Shown one piece after another: positions 1 through 9,890 of a stretch of DNA of 64,000 nucleotides (positions are counted from its first letter, which is position 1; every line of letters begins with the position of its first letter). Source of the DNA: an uncultured Gemmatimonadales bacterium. GTDB taxonomy: Bacteria; Gemmatimonadota; Gemmatimonadetes; Gemmatimonadales; Gemmatimonadaceae. The DNA is taken from NCBI GenBank assembly GCA_963793305.1, contig CAWBZV010000002.1:672001-736000 (forward strand). The letters run 5' to 3'. The notes under the pieces were generated by a model. That model did not search any database. It saw nothing but the letters and a program-made list of their open reading frames with translations, and was not told the origin of the DNA. A program made the position numbers and the translations under genes.

Positions 1-2
1 GC

Positions 3-1481
3 AACGTCCTCGGTCGTTCGCTGAGCGACTTGGTGCTCAAGCCGCTCGGGTACGATCAGATTGCCCCGATCGGGTACATGGCGCTAGTCAAGCTGAGCGC
101 GCTGGCGTTCGGGCCGAGCGACCTCGCTCTCCGGCTCCCCTCGTTCCTGGCGGGCATCCTTGCTCTGATCCTGTGTTGGCGCCTGGCCGAAGAGACCCTG
201 GACGGCGTGGCTGTTCCAATCGCCGTCGGTCTGTTTGCTCTCGCGATCCCCATGGTGCGGTATAGCGGGGAGCTCAAACAGTACATGCTCGACGTGGCCG
301 CGGCCCTCATCATGACGTTGATCGCACTCGATCTGCGCCGCCGCGAGCCGACCATCCGGCGGTGCGTGAGGGCAGCGCTCGCCGGGTGCATCCTCGTGTG
401 GTTTTCGCAGACCACGGTGTTCATCCTGGCGGGCCTCGGTCTAGCGTTCGTCTGGCTCGTCGTTGTCGAGCACGCCGCGTCGGCCCGGCGACCGGCGTTC
501 ATCGTCGTCCCGATCTGGGCGATGGCGTCGCTCGCGGCGACGATCGTATCCATCCGCCGCGTCTCGCCCGAGACGCTGGCGTTTATGCATGGATTCTGGA
601 CCATGCTCCACGGGTTCTTGCCGCCCGCGCCGCGCCTCCGCGATGTGTTCTGGCTGTGGGATCGTGTCGTCGGGTTCCTGGGCCGGGGATTCTCCTGGTA
701 CGCGTGGCCGGGGCTCTTCGCCGCCGCGGCTGGCGTCGGGTTCGTGGTGTTGTGGCGACAACGCCGAGAGGTCGCGCTTTTCCTGCTTGGGCCGGTCATC
801 GTCACGGTCATTGCGGCGGTCGCGCGCCAGTATCCGTTCTGGAATCGCACCGTGTTGTTTCTCGTGCCGGCGCTCGTGATCGCGATCGCGGCGGCGGTCG
901 AATGGGGGCGGTCGCTCGCGGCGCGAGCCCATCGCGGCCTCGGTGTGCTGGTCGTCGCACCGTTCGCGGTCATCCCGGTATTGGCGCTCGTTCGCATCCC
1001 GCCGCCGTATTTCTACGAGGCGTACAAGCCCGTCCTGGCGTACGCGCAGTCTCAGCAACGTCCTGGTGACGTCGTCTACGTCTTTGCCAACGCTTTCGAA
1101 GGCGTCGATCACTATGGGCCCCGGTACGGACTGCCGAGCGGGAGTTACGTGCTGGGCACCTGTGATGAACGGGAGACGCGGCCGTTCGTCGAGCAAGTGG
1201 ACCGTTTCCGTGGCACGCCGCGCCTGTGGGTGATCGGATCCAGCCTGCCGGATTTTCAGAACGCCCGCGACGCGATCGACCGGTATCTCGGGACCATTGG
1301 GATCCGGCGTAACGTCTACGCGGTCCCATCTCCGCTCGTGCCGCAGTTCGGCGCGGCGAGCGCCGAGCTGTTCGATCTCAGCGATACGACGCGCCTCCGA
1401 GCGACGACCGTGGCGACGTTCCAACCTCCGCCGAACACAACGGGGCGATTCCCGGCCTGTTTCGACTGGGTGCGTCCTTAG
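3..1481 (+). CDS. Polytopic membrane glycosyltransferase, GT-C/GT39 (PMT_2/ArnT-like), 5' truncated by window edge
   Basis: Frame is open from position 3; many TM segments; motifs APIGY, LRLPS, RYSGELKQY; soluble C-terminal domain. Confidence 0.65.
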   Translation, partial: NVLGRSLSDLVLKPLGYDQIAPIGYMALVKLSALAFGPSDLALRLPSFLAGILALILCWRLAEETLDGVAVPIAVGLFALAIPMVRYSGELKQYMLDVAAALIMTLIALDLRRREPTIRRCVRAALAGCILVWFSQTTVFILAGLGLAFVWLVVVEHAASARRPAFIVVPIWAMASLAATIVSIRRVSPETLAFMHGFWTMLHGFLPPAPRLRDVFWLWDRVVGFLGRGFSWYAWPGLFAAAAGVGFVVLWRQRREVALFLLGPVIVTVIAAVARQYPFWNRTVLFLVPALVIAIAAAVEWGRSLAARAHRGLGVLVVAPFAVIPVLALVRIPPPYFYEAYKPVLAYAQSQQRPGDVVYVFANAFEGVDHYGPRYGLPSGSYVLGTCDERETRPFVEQVDRFRGTPRLWVIGSSLPDFQNARDAIDRYLGTIGIRRNVYAVPSPLVPQFGAASAELFDLSDTTRLRATTVATFQPPPNTTGRFPACFDWVRP

Positions 1482-2191
1482 AACGTCGAAACCCCGAGTG
1501 TCCCGATGTCGTCGACGCGCATTGTCTCGTAGGTAAAATACGGCTCGCCGTATCGCGTGCGGATCATCGAGCCATAATGCGCCGCGTGATGGCGCACGAC
1601 GTCGAACAGGGGCTCGCCGTTGGGATACACCTCGCCGGCTTGCGTCACGCCCTCGAACTGCGAGGCATAACACCGGATCGCGTCGAGCTTGCGTTCGAAG
1701 TAATCACTCACGTCAACCACAAACGTGGGCTTCGAAAAATCCTCTCGATACGTCACGCAGTGAATGACCTTCAACGGCCAATGCTTGGGCGTGTCGGGAT
1801 CGATCTTCTGGAGGCCCGCCACGAAGCACGCGTCGCGCACAAGCGCCGCGGTCTCCCGGTGATCCGGGTGGCGTCCCATGAGCGCGGGGGCTATGACGAC
1901 GCGAGGCCGCAGGCGGCGAATCACGACGGCGACCAACCGACGAGTCTCCGGTGTATTCACGATTCCGGCGTCGGGAAGCCCGAGATTCTCTCGCACGCTC
2001 ACGCCGAGGACCTCGGCAGCCTGGGCAGCCTCCTGCGCGCGCAGCTCGGCGGAGCCGCGGGTCCCCATCTCGCCTTCGGTAAGATCGAGAATGCCGGTCG
2101 TGTGACCCGCCGCGGCCGCGCGCAGCAACGTCCCGCCGCACGTGAGCTCAACGTCGTCGCGGTGCGCGGCGACGGCGAGAACGGTGATCAT
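1478..2191 (-). CDS. bshB1: Bacillithiol biosynthesis deacetylase BshB1 (PIG-L family)
   Basis: AHRDDVEL, DLTEGEMGTRGS, RHPDH, CYASQF and YGEPY motifs. Confidence 0.85.
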   Translation of the reverse strand: MITVLAVAAHRDDVELTCGGTLLRAAAAGHTTGILDLTEGEMGTRGSAELRAQEAAQAAEVLGVSVRENLGLPDAGIVNTPETRRLVAVVIRRLRPRVVIAPALMGRHPDHRETAALVRDACFVAGLQKIDPDTPKHWPLKVIHCVTYREDFSKPTFVVDVSDYFERKLDAIRCYASQFEGVTQAGEVYPNGEPLFDVVRHHAAHYGSMIRTRYGEPYFTYETMRVDDIGTLGVSTF

Positions 2192-3831
2192 ACCCGGAGC
2201 GTCGCGGTGATCGCCCGCCCTTCGGCGGCGCTCTGGATGCGGTTCACGGGATGACGCGCGAGACAGCGCTTGACGAGCGCGTCGAGCGCGTCGGGTACAT
2301 CAGGGCGGACGGCTTTCGGCGACGGCGGCGGCTCGCTCAGCTTGCGCGACAGCACCCCTTGGGCGGTCGCCGAGCGGAACGGTGCCTCGCCGACGAGTGT
2401 CTCGTATACAATGCAGCCAAAGCTGTAGAGGTCGCTTCTCTCGTCTGACGGCGATTCCCCGGATAGCTGCTCAGGGCTGAGATAGGCGGGCGCGCCGAAG
2501 CTCGCGACGGTCGAGCCGGCGTCCGCGCCTGGCCTCGGCCGCAGTGCGTCCGTAAGCGCCCAGGACGTGACGACGGCAGTCGTGCCCTTGAGGACGATAT
2601 GCTTTGGCCGGAGATCGCCGTGCCGAACGCCCCGGCTGTGCGCATGGGCGAGGGCCGTCATCATGTCGTCGGCGATGCGAACCGCGTCCGCGATCGGGAG
2701 TGGGCGCTCGCGGGCCAGGCGGTCTTTCAGCGTCAGGCCATCGGCCGGGTCGGTCGTGTAGTACACGACATCGCCAGAGACGCCGAAGTCGAGAATCGGC
2801 ATGACGTGCTGATCCTCGAGCGTCGTCACGCGCTCGAAGACGTGAGCCATGCGCTCGCCGTCCGCGAGGGCGGCGAATCCGGGCGCCACCACGTGAATAT
2901 GAACCGGCCGGGATCTCCTTCTGTCTTTGGCGCCGAACGTCACGAGCACAGTTGAAATCGACACGGTGCGGTCAATCGCATACCGATCGCCCAGCACGCG
3001 CGTGACCCGGTCTCTGTATTGATCCGCGGTTACGGCTTCGGGCAGAGACGCCGCGAGCGCGATAGACGGTGCGACCGGCGGCTGGCTCACCTTCTTTTCA
3101 GTTCGTACAGGGACCGCGACACGGCCCGCGCGAAGGCGTTGAATCCAATCGGCGACTTCCGGGTCAGTCTCGGACTCGAGCTCCTGTCGCACGAGCTCCT
3201 CATGCACCAGGGCGGACCGTAGGGCTCCTGCTTGATCACCGGCGGCGATCATCGCCTCAATGAGCCCGACGGCGAAGCGCGAGCTCAGTGGCTCGACCGA
3301 CGCCAGCTTGCGGCGCCATTGTACGGCGACCGTGTGCTCGTTCCGGTCGGCGGCCGCATCGGCGAGGACCTCGAGGGCTTTTTCGTACTCGCGCTGCAGG
3401 CGCGCGCGTTCCTCGTCGATCCACCGATCGTAGGCCGGCGCCCCGTCGATCGAAAACCCATCGAGGAACGGACCCTGGTAGAGCGCGACCGCCCGATACG
3501 CCGCGTGCTGCGAGACGGCGTCCTCGAACTCGGCAACGTCGCAGCTGAAGATCGTCGGATTGAGCTGCAAGGTGCCCGTCCCGACGAACAGCGCCTCGAC
3601 GTTCAACGCGCGGCGGATGGCCGACAACGCTTGTTCCAGCGCATGACGCGCCTGTTCCGGCGCGCCGCCCGGCCACAGCGTGCCAACGAGCAGGTCGCGC
3701 GTCACGCCGCGCTTACCAGTCGTGGCAATGCGCGCGAGGAGCGCGAGCCGCCGTCGCTGGCTGGCTGGCCCCTGGTGCGGCTGGCCGTCCTGCAGCAGTG
3801 TGAGACCGCCAAGCGCCGTCAACCGGAGCAT
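2188..3831 (-). CDS. SARP-type wHTH/BTAD regulator fused to a degenerate Ser/Thr kinase domain
   Basis: N-terminal LTALGGL, LWP, ALYQGPFLDG, EPLS (BTAD); C-terminal kinase fold with HGDLRPKH, YLSPEQ, RSDLYSFG. Confidence 0.8.
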   Translation of the reverse strand: MLRLTALGGLTLLQDGQPHQGPASQRRRLALLARIATTGKRGVTRDLLVGTLWPGGAPEQARHALEQALSAIRRALNVEALFVGTGTLQLNPTIFSCDVAEFEDAVSQHAAYRAVALYQGPFLDGFSIDGAPAYDRWIDEERARLQREYEKALEVLADAAADRNEHTVAVQWRRKLASVEPLSSRFAVGLIEAMIAAGDQAGALRSALVHEELVRQELESETDPEVADWIQRLRAGRVAVPVRTEKKVSQPPVAPSIALAASLPEAVTADQYRDRVTRVLGDRYAIDRTVSISTVLVTFGAKDRRRSRPVHIHVVAPGFAALADGERMAHVFERVTTLEDQHVMPILDFGVSGDVVYYTTDPADGLTLKDRLARERPLPIADAVRIADDMMTALAHAHSRGVRHGDLRPKHIVLKGTTAVVTSWALTDALRPRPGADAGSTVASFGAPAYLSPEQLSGESPSDERSDLYSFGCIVYETLVGEAPFRSATAQGVLSRKLSEPPPSPKAVRPDVPDALDALVKRCLARHPVNRIQSAAEGRAITATLRV

Positions 3832-3840
3832 GCGCAGAAT

Positions 3841-4692
3841 CTATCTGCGCCGACGCTTCGTCGCGACTGTGTCGAACGCCATCGCGAATTCGTCGGCGGT
3901 CTGGAATCGGTCGTTTGGCATCGGCAACGTCGCGCGGAGCACGGCGGCCTCGAGGTGTTCGGGCACATCTTTCCGGTGCGGCCGGATAGGCGCGGCGGGG
4001 CCGAAATAGCGCGTTGTGCCCCCCTCGGCGCCCCGGTTGGGCGGCGCGCCCGTGAGCGCCTCGTACAGGACGCATCCGAGGGAATAGATGTCGCTGCGGC
4101 CGTCGACCGGGTCGCCGTAGGCTTGCTCTGGGCTCATGTAGCCGGGCGTACCGAGGATCACGCCGGTGGTGGTCAACCGCGAGCCGCCGGCGCCATGGGC
4201 GATCCCGAAGTCGGCCAGGAGCACCCGGTCGCCGCCATCCTGAATCAGCACGTTCTGTGGCTTGATGTCGCGATGGATCACGCCACGCGCATGCGCAAAG
4301 GCCAGCGCTGAGGCGAGTTGCTGCGCCACCCGCACGACCGCGTCGCTCGACAGACGCTTGTCGCGGTCCATCCAGGAGCGGAGCGACCCGCCCGAGACGA
4401 ACGGCATCACGAAGTACAAGCTGCCGTCTGTGTCCTGTCCCGAATCGAATAAGGGGAGAATGTGCGGGTGCTGGAGCTGCGCGAGCGTGACGATCTCGCG
4501 GGCAAACCGCGTGATCGCCACGGGATCGGCCCGCGGCGCCTCCAAGAACTTGATCGCCACCGCCCGGGTCTCACGTCCGTCCCATGCGTGGTAGACGGTG
4601 GCCATCCCGCCATCTTGCCGTAGTTCCTGCTCAATGACATACCGGCCAGCAATCACGGAGCCAACGGCCCGGCCAGCAGGAGATATGCTCAC
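3841..4692 (-). CDS. Hanks-type Ser/Thr protein kinase (soluble)
   Basis: GGMATVY, VAIK, HRDIKPQN, DFG, GTPGYMSPEQ all intact; start placed at GTG 4692 (ATG 4713/4716 are alternatives). Confidence 0.9.
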   Translation of the reverse strand: MSISPAGRAVGSVIAGRYVIEQELRQDGGMATVYHAWDGRETRAVAIKFLEAPRADPVAITRFAREIVTLAQLQHPHILPLFDSGQDTDGSLYFVMPFVSGGSLRSWMDRDKRLSSDAVVRVAQQLASALAFAHARGVIHRDIKPQNVLIQDGGDRVLLADFGIAHGAGGSRLTTTGVILGTPGYMSPEQAYGDPVDGRSDIYSLGCVLYEALTGAPPNRGAEGGTTRYFGPAAPIRPHRKDVPEHLEAAVLRATLPMPNDRFQTADEFAMAFDTVATKRRRR

Positions 4693-4714
4693 GCCTGCTA
4701 GTTTAACGTTCATC

Positions 4715-5281
4715 ATGTCCTTGGTGAAACGGTGCCTGCCGCTCGTCCTTCTCACCGCATGCGTATCGCATCGCCCACATCCGGTCACAATCGCCGCGCC
4801 AGCGGAGAACGAACCCTCCCGGTACATGGCGCCCAGCGCGTCGTATGTGTGCCAATCGATGCGGCTCTACGAGACATCCGGCCCGAAGGTCCAGAGCTGT
4901 CTTCGGCAGAGTGGTGATACGACGTGGCTCGTCGACCGGGACAAAGACGGGCATGTCCTGGCCGCCGGATGGGAGGCAATGGTATCGCTGGACCGCCTGG
5001 CCGACGCTACGACGGCGCTTGAGGACGCCCTGACCCAGCGATACGGCCCGCCGGACTCGTGCGTGTCTCGCACCGGCACGCTCAAACAGTGGCTGTGGTG
5101 GCCAGCCGGCCGCTATACGGTACAAGCCCGGCTCGTCGATCCCTCGCCGCTCTACGCCGTTCGTCGCGGGCGCCTCGAGGTCCAAGCTATCCCCGCGGAG
5201 GCCGTGGTATGCCTCACGTGGGTCCACACGCCGGTGGACCTCGGCGCAGCCGACGGTCAGTCCAACCGACCCGCTCGATAA
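4715..5281 (+). CDS. Hypothetical lipoprotein
   Basis: KRCLPLVLLTAC signal with lipobox; start ATG 4715 or GTG 4724. Confidence 0.6.
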   Translation: MSLVKRCLPLVLLTACVSHRPHPVTIAAPAENEPSRYMAPSASYVCQSMRLYETSGPKVQSCLRQSGDTTWLVDRDKDGHVLAAGWEAMVSLDRLADATTALEDALTQRYGPPDSCVSRTGTLKQWLWWPAGRYTVQARLVDPSPLYAVRRGRLEVQAIPAEAVVCLTWVHTPVDLGAADGQSNRPAR

Positions 5282-5317
5282 GCGCGCAGCGGCTTCATCG
5301 AGCTAGCCCCGGAGGGG
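5241..5317. repeat. Cluster of GNA-triloop hairpins (REP-like), possibly also a terminator between convergent genes
   Basis: TCGGC-GCA-GCCGA; GCTCGAT...GCGCGCAGCG...ATCGAGC; GCCCC-GGA-GGGGC. Confidence 0.5.
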
Positions 5318-5319
5318 CG

Positions 5320-6582
5320 CTATTCGTACCGGAGGGCCGTAACGGGGTCCAGCCGTGAGGCCCTGACGGCCGGCAGCACGCCGAATGCAATACCGGTGAT
5401 GATGCTCGCCACGATCGCAATGAGGATCGCGAGCGGCGGCACCGAAGCGGGAATAGCCGGCCATTTCCACTTCGTGAACGCCGCCGCGCCCCATCCGAGC
5501 AAGAAGCCGATGCCGACGCCGATGCTGGTCAGCGTGACGGCTTCGATCAGGAACTGCCACAGAATGATGAGCCGCGTGGCCCCGAGCGCTTTGCGCACGC
5601 CGATCTCGCGGGTGCGCTCGGTGACGCTGATCATCATGATCGCGATGACGCCAACGCCGCCCACGAGCAAGCCGACGGCCGAGAGCACCAAGGTGACGAT
5701 GCCAATGACGCCGAAGAAGTTGTTGTAGACCTGGAACAGTCGGTCCTGCGTGACGATCTCGAAGTTGTTCCGTCGTTCCGGCCGGAGCCCGCGCTCGCCG
5801 CGCAAGTACGCGATGACGTCGTCGATGGCCTGATCGCGCGACACGCTCGCGACGGGCTTGACCGACACCCACATGTCGGGCACCCACACCTTGTAATGCC
5901 GGATCAGGGTCTGCACGGGGATGATGCCCATCGCGTGCTCACCGCCCGTGAAGAAGCTCGGGTGGTAATGATACCAGCCGATGACTTCGAATGGCGCACC
6001 GTCGATCGTGACCGATTTGCCGACGGGATTGACGCTGTCCGCGAAGAGATGACTGACCGCGATGTCATTGAGCAGCACGACGCGCGCACCGCTCGCGTTC
6101 TCCTCGATCGTGAATGAGCGACCCGGGTTGATGTCGCCGCCGGTCATCTGCTCCCAGCCGGGCGTATAGCCCGTGAGCTGAGCCGATGGCAACGCGCGAT
6201 CGCCGTACTTGAACACGCCGTTGAAATCGAGCTCGCCCATGACGCCCTGGACCGATGACAGGCGTCCCATAGCCGTCATCTCGGCGAACGACGTGCCCGG
6301 ATTGTGCCGCCACGGACACATCTCGTCGGTGCCATCGCAGGAGTTGAACCCGACTGGCCAGCGGGTGATGAAGAAGGTGGTCGCCCCCGCCGACTCGATG
6401 TCCTTCGCCACAGACTCGTTGATGCCGTGGATCATGGAGGCCATGGCGGTCACCGAGAAGACACCGACCGCAATGCCGAGAATCGTGAGCGCAGCGCGCA
6501 CCTTGTTCGCCCGTATCGCATCGAGCGCGATGGTGACGCCTTCGAGCAGTGCCGAGATGCGCGCGGAAACGGCCACCGTCAC
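5320..6582 (-). CDS. MacB/FtsX-family ABC transporter permease
   Basis: [39 protein letters not shown]. Confidence 0.92.
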   Translation of the reverse strand: MTVAVSARISALLEGVTIALDAIRANKVRAALTILGIAVGVFSVTAMASMIHGINESVAKDIESAGATTFFITRWPVGFNSCDGTDEMCPWRHNPGTSFAEMTAMGRLSSVQGVMGELDFNGVFKYGDRALPSAQLTGYTPGWEQMTGGDINPGRSFTIEENASGARVVLLNDIAVSHLFADSVNPVGKSVTIDGAPFEVIGWYHYHPSFFTGGEHAMGIIPVQTLIRHYKVWVPDMWVSVKPVASVSRDQAIDDVIAYLRGERGLRPERRNNFEIVTQDRLFQVYNNFFGVIGIVTLVLSAVGLLVGGVGVIAIMMISVTERTREIGVRKALGATRLIILWQFLIEAVTLTSIGVGIGFLLGWGAAAFTKWKWPAIPASVPPLAILIAIVASIITGIAFGVLPAVRASRLDPVTALRYE

Positions 6583-7823
6583 TCCTGCCGCAGCGCGGCG
6601 ATCGGATCGAGGCGCGCCGCGCGCGTGGCCGGGTAGACACCGGCGACGATGCCGACGCCTCCGCCGAGCGTGACCGCGAGGGCAATCGACCAGGGCACGA
6701 TGTTGACCGGGAGCGGCGAGAACTTGGTGACCGCGAGTGCGAGGGCCGCTCCCAAGCCGATGCCCAGGATCGCGCCGATCAGACTCAAGGTCGATGACTC
6801 GATCAGGAACTGCGCCGCGATATCACGGCGGCGCGCACCGAGCGACTTGCGCACGCCGATCTCGCGGGTGCGCTCGGCGACCGCAACCAGCATGATGTTC
6901 ATGATCACGATGCCGCCGACCACCAGACCGATGGACGGCAGGAGCACGGCCGCCAGCCGGAGAATGACCTTGATCTTCTGCCAGAAGGTGAGCGACGACT
7001 CCGGTGTGGTCAGCGAGAAGTTGTCGGGCTGACCCGGGTGCAGGTGGCGCCGCACCCGCATCACCTGTCGCACGCGCTCCATCGCGTCGGTCAGGATGGT
7101 CTGATTCGCGGCCTGGACGATGATCCCGTCGACGACCCCGCGGTCGCGGTTCAACAACCGGTGGACCGGCGAGCGATACGGGGCAATGACGAACTTGTCC
7201 AGCGAGAACCCGAACGTGCTCCCCTGAGCCTCGGCCACGCCGACGACGGTGTAGGGGATCCCGCCCATCTTGATCCAGTGCCCGACCGGGCTGACGGTCG
7301 GGAAGAAGTGCTTCTTCACGTCCTGGCCGATCACGACGACCAAGGCGCCCGTCTCGAGCTCCTGGTCTGTGAACGGCCGGCCTTCGGTGATCCCCATCTG
7401 CTTGATCGCGAAATACTGGCCGGTGACGGCATCCACGAACGACGTCTTCGGCCGGGCGTACTGCGATTGGATCTCGAGATTGTCCTCGCTCATCATGTAC
7501 CAACTCGTGCCCGGCGGCAGGGCATCGACGACCGGATGGAGGTCGTCCTCCTTGACCCGCGGACGATGGTTCCACTCGGTCCACTGGGCCGGAGTCACGT
7601 CACCCGCGGCGAAATAGGGGTGATGCCGCAGCTCGAACGAGTTGATGGCGACCAGCTTGCCGATAAAGTCGTGTTCCATGTAGTGATTCATCCCTTCGAC
7701 GACAGAGATGATCGCGATCAGGAACATCACGCCGATCGTGACCCCGATGATGGTGAAGAAGCTCTTGAGCTTCTGCACCCGGATTTGACTCAGGGCCAAC
7801 CAAAAGGCGTCAACGAATTTCAT
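6579..7823 (-). CDS. MacB/FtsX-family ABC transporter permease (second subunit)
   Basis: [34 protein letters not shown]. Confidence 0.92.
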   Translation of the reverse strand: MKFVDAFWLALSQIRVQKLKSFFTIIGVTIGVMFLIAIISVVEGMNHYMEHDFIGKLVAINSFELRHHPYFAAGDVTPAQWTEWNHRPRVKEDDLHPVVDALPPGTSWYMMSEDNLEIQSQYARPKTSFVDAVTGQYFAIKQMGITEGRPFTDQELETGALVVVIGQDVKKHFFPTVSPVGHWIKMGGIPYTVVGVAEAQGSTFGFSLDKFVIAPYRSPVHRLLNRDRGVVDGIIVQAANQTILTDAMERVRQVMRVRRHLHPGQPDNFSLTTPESSLTFWQKIKVILRLAAVLLPSIGLVVGGIVIMNIMLVAVAERTREIGVRKSLGARRRDIAAQFLIESSTLSLIGAILGIGLGAALALAVTKFSPLPVNIVPWSIALAVTLGGGVGIVAGVYPATRAARLDPIAALRQE

Positions 7824-8578
7824 TGCCGACGATCGTCAGTCTCGATCAAGCCGTCCCGCAATACGATCACGCGTTTCGCGTGCGCGGCGATGTCGGGTTC
7901 GTGGGTGACCATGATCACCGTCTGTCCGTGGCTCGCGAGCTCCTCGAACACCTTCATAATCTCTTCGGACGTCGCCGAGTCCAGGTTGCCGGTCGGTTCG
8001 TCCGCGAGCAAGATCGACGGCGTGTTCACCAGGGCGCGGGCAATGGCCACGCGCTGCCGCTGTCCGCCGGATAACTCATTGGGCCTATGGAGGATGCGAT
8101 CACCGAGCTGCACCCGTTCGAGTGCCTCGGTCGCCCGCTTTTTTCGCTCCCCTGACGGCACACCGGCATAGACGAGAGGCAGTTCGACGTTGTGCAGCGC
8201 TGTGGCTCGTGGCAGCAGGTTGAATGTCTGAAACACAAACCCGATTTCGCGGTTGCGCACCCGTGCGAGCTGGTCGTCGGACATCTGGGAGACCAGCGTG
8301 CCGTTCAGCCAATATTCGCCTTCACTCGGTGTATCGAGACACCCAATAAGATTCATCAGGGTCGACTTGCCGGACCCGGATGGTCCCATGATCGCGACGT
8401 ACTCGTTGCGATGAATCCCCACGTCGACACCACGCAGGGCACGAACGATCTCGCCCCCCATGTCATAGTGGCGCTTGAGCCCGCGGGTGACGATGACCCA
8501 GTCGGTCGGTGGCTCCTGACCGGTCTGCGCGATGACCGCCCGACGCTCGGCGGTGACCGTCATCGAGGACATCGTCAC
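7820..8578 (-). CDS. ABC transporter ATP-binding protein (LolD/MacB type)
   Basis: Walker [29 protein letters not shown]. Confidence 0.95.
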   Translation of the reverse strand: MTMSSMTVTAERRAVIAQTGQEPPTDWVIVTRGLKRHYDMGGEIVRALRGVDVGIHRNEYVAIMGPSGSGKSTLMNLIGCLDTPSEGEYWLNGTLVSQMSDDQLARVRNREIGFVFQTFNLLPRATALHNVELPLVYAGVPSGERKKRATEALERVQLGDRILHRPNELSGGQRQRVAIARALVNTPSILLADEPTGNLDSATSEEIMKVFEELASHGQTVIMVTHEPDIAAHAKRVIVLRDGLIETDDRRQ

Positions 8579-9885
8579 GATTTGGCCTGCGCGGTTTGCG
8601 TCACGGGCTTCTGGTCGGGTTTCTTCTTGTCCGGCTTCGGCTCGTGGACGAGTGCGCCATCCTTGAGCTCGCGGATCGCCTGATACGTGCCGCCGACGAT
8701 ACGCTCGTTCGCCTGCAGGCCGTTCACGACTTCGAAGTACTTGTCGCCCGCGATCCCGACCTTGACCGGCCGGAACGTGACTTTGTTGTCATTGCTGACG
8801 ACGAACACGCCCTCTTCGTCGCGCTTGCCGACTTGCTTCGTCGGTTGCGCACGGCCGATCGTGACCGCCGAGTCGTTGCTCGGCAGCGACTCGTTCTCGC
8901 GCACGGTGAGCGCAATGATCGGGATCGACAGGACGTGGTTGCGCGTGTCGGTCACGACCTTCGCGGTCGCCGAGAAATCCGGGCGCGTATCGACTGGCGG
9001 GTTGAGCAGCTTGATCGTGACCTCGTAGTCCACGGCCTGATCGGTCGAGGTCGTGTTGGCGGTTCCCGCGGCCTTGACCGAGCTGTTGGCGATCTTCGTC
9101 ACCCGGCCGATGAATGTCGTATCCGGGAATGCGTCGAGCTGGATCTGCGCCGAGTCGCCAACCTGGATATGCGAGACATCGGTCTCGTCGACCTTGACGC
9201 GCGTCTCCAGGTAGTTCATGTCGCTGATCGTGAGCAGGGTCGCGGCATCCTTGTTCAGCGTGCCCTGGATCGCCGTTTCGCCGTTCTCGACGTCGAGACG
9301 GGTGACCTTGCCGCTCATCGGCGCCAGGACCGTCGTCTTGTCCAACGCGCTCTGCGAGTTCTGCAGGCTCGCCTGCGCCTGCTCGACCTGAAAGTCGGCC
9401 GCCTCCTTGGTCGCCTTGGCCACGTCGAGCGCGGTCTTGAGCTGCTCGAGCTGCTCAACGGAAATCAGCGCCGGATTCGTCTTCTTGATCTCGGCCGACC
9501 GGTCGTAGTTGTGCTGCGCCTGCGAGAGATTGGCGTTCGACTGCACCGCGGCCGCTTTCGCGCCCGCCAGCGCCGCTCTGTCGTGCTCGACCTGCGCCTG
9601 ATAGAGGGCGGGATCGATCTGCAGCAGCAGCTGCCCCTTCTTCACCATGTCGCCTTCTTTGACGGGCAGGGCGATGATGCGCCCGGAGATATCCGTGCTG
9701 ACGTCGACTTTGGTGTGCGGCACGACTTGTCCGCTGGCCGTCACCGAAGCGACCAGGTCACGGTACGCGACCGGCTCGATGCGTACCTCGGTCGATTTCT
9801 TGCCCTTGGTCGCGGCGACCGTGACCCCAGCGATCAGGGCAACGATCACGATGGTTCCAATAGTCCACTTGGCAGGAGAGCTCAT
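8575..9885 (-). CDS. Efflux periplasmic adaptor / membrane fusion protein (MacA/HlyD family)
   Basis: N-terminal anchor, lipoyl-like [13 protein letters not shown], coiled coil, APMSGKV. Confidence 0.92.
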   Translation of the reverse strand: MSSPAKWTIGTIVIVALIAGVTVAATKGKKSTEVRIEPVAYRDLVASVTASGQVVPHTKVDVSTDISGRIIALPVKEGDMVKKGQLLLQIDPALYQAQVEHDRAALAGAKAAAVQSNANLSQAQHNYDRSAEIKKTNPALISVEQLEQLKTALDVAKATKEAADFQVEQAQASLQNSQSALDKTTVLAPMSGKVTRLDVENGETAIQGTLNKDAATLLTISDMNYLETRVKVDETDVSHIQVGDSAQIQLDAFPDTTFIGRVTKIANSSVKAAGTANTTSTDQAVDYEVTIKLLNPPVDTRPDFSATAKVVTDTRNHVLSIPIIALTVRENESLPSNDSAVTIGRAQPTKQVGKRDEEGVFVVSNDNKVTFRPVKVGIAGDKYFEVVNGLQANERIVGGTYQAIRELKDGALVHEPKPDKKKPDQKPVTQTAQAKS

Positions 9886-9890
9886 AGGTA

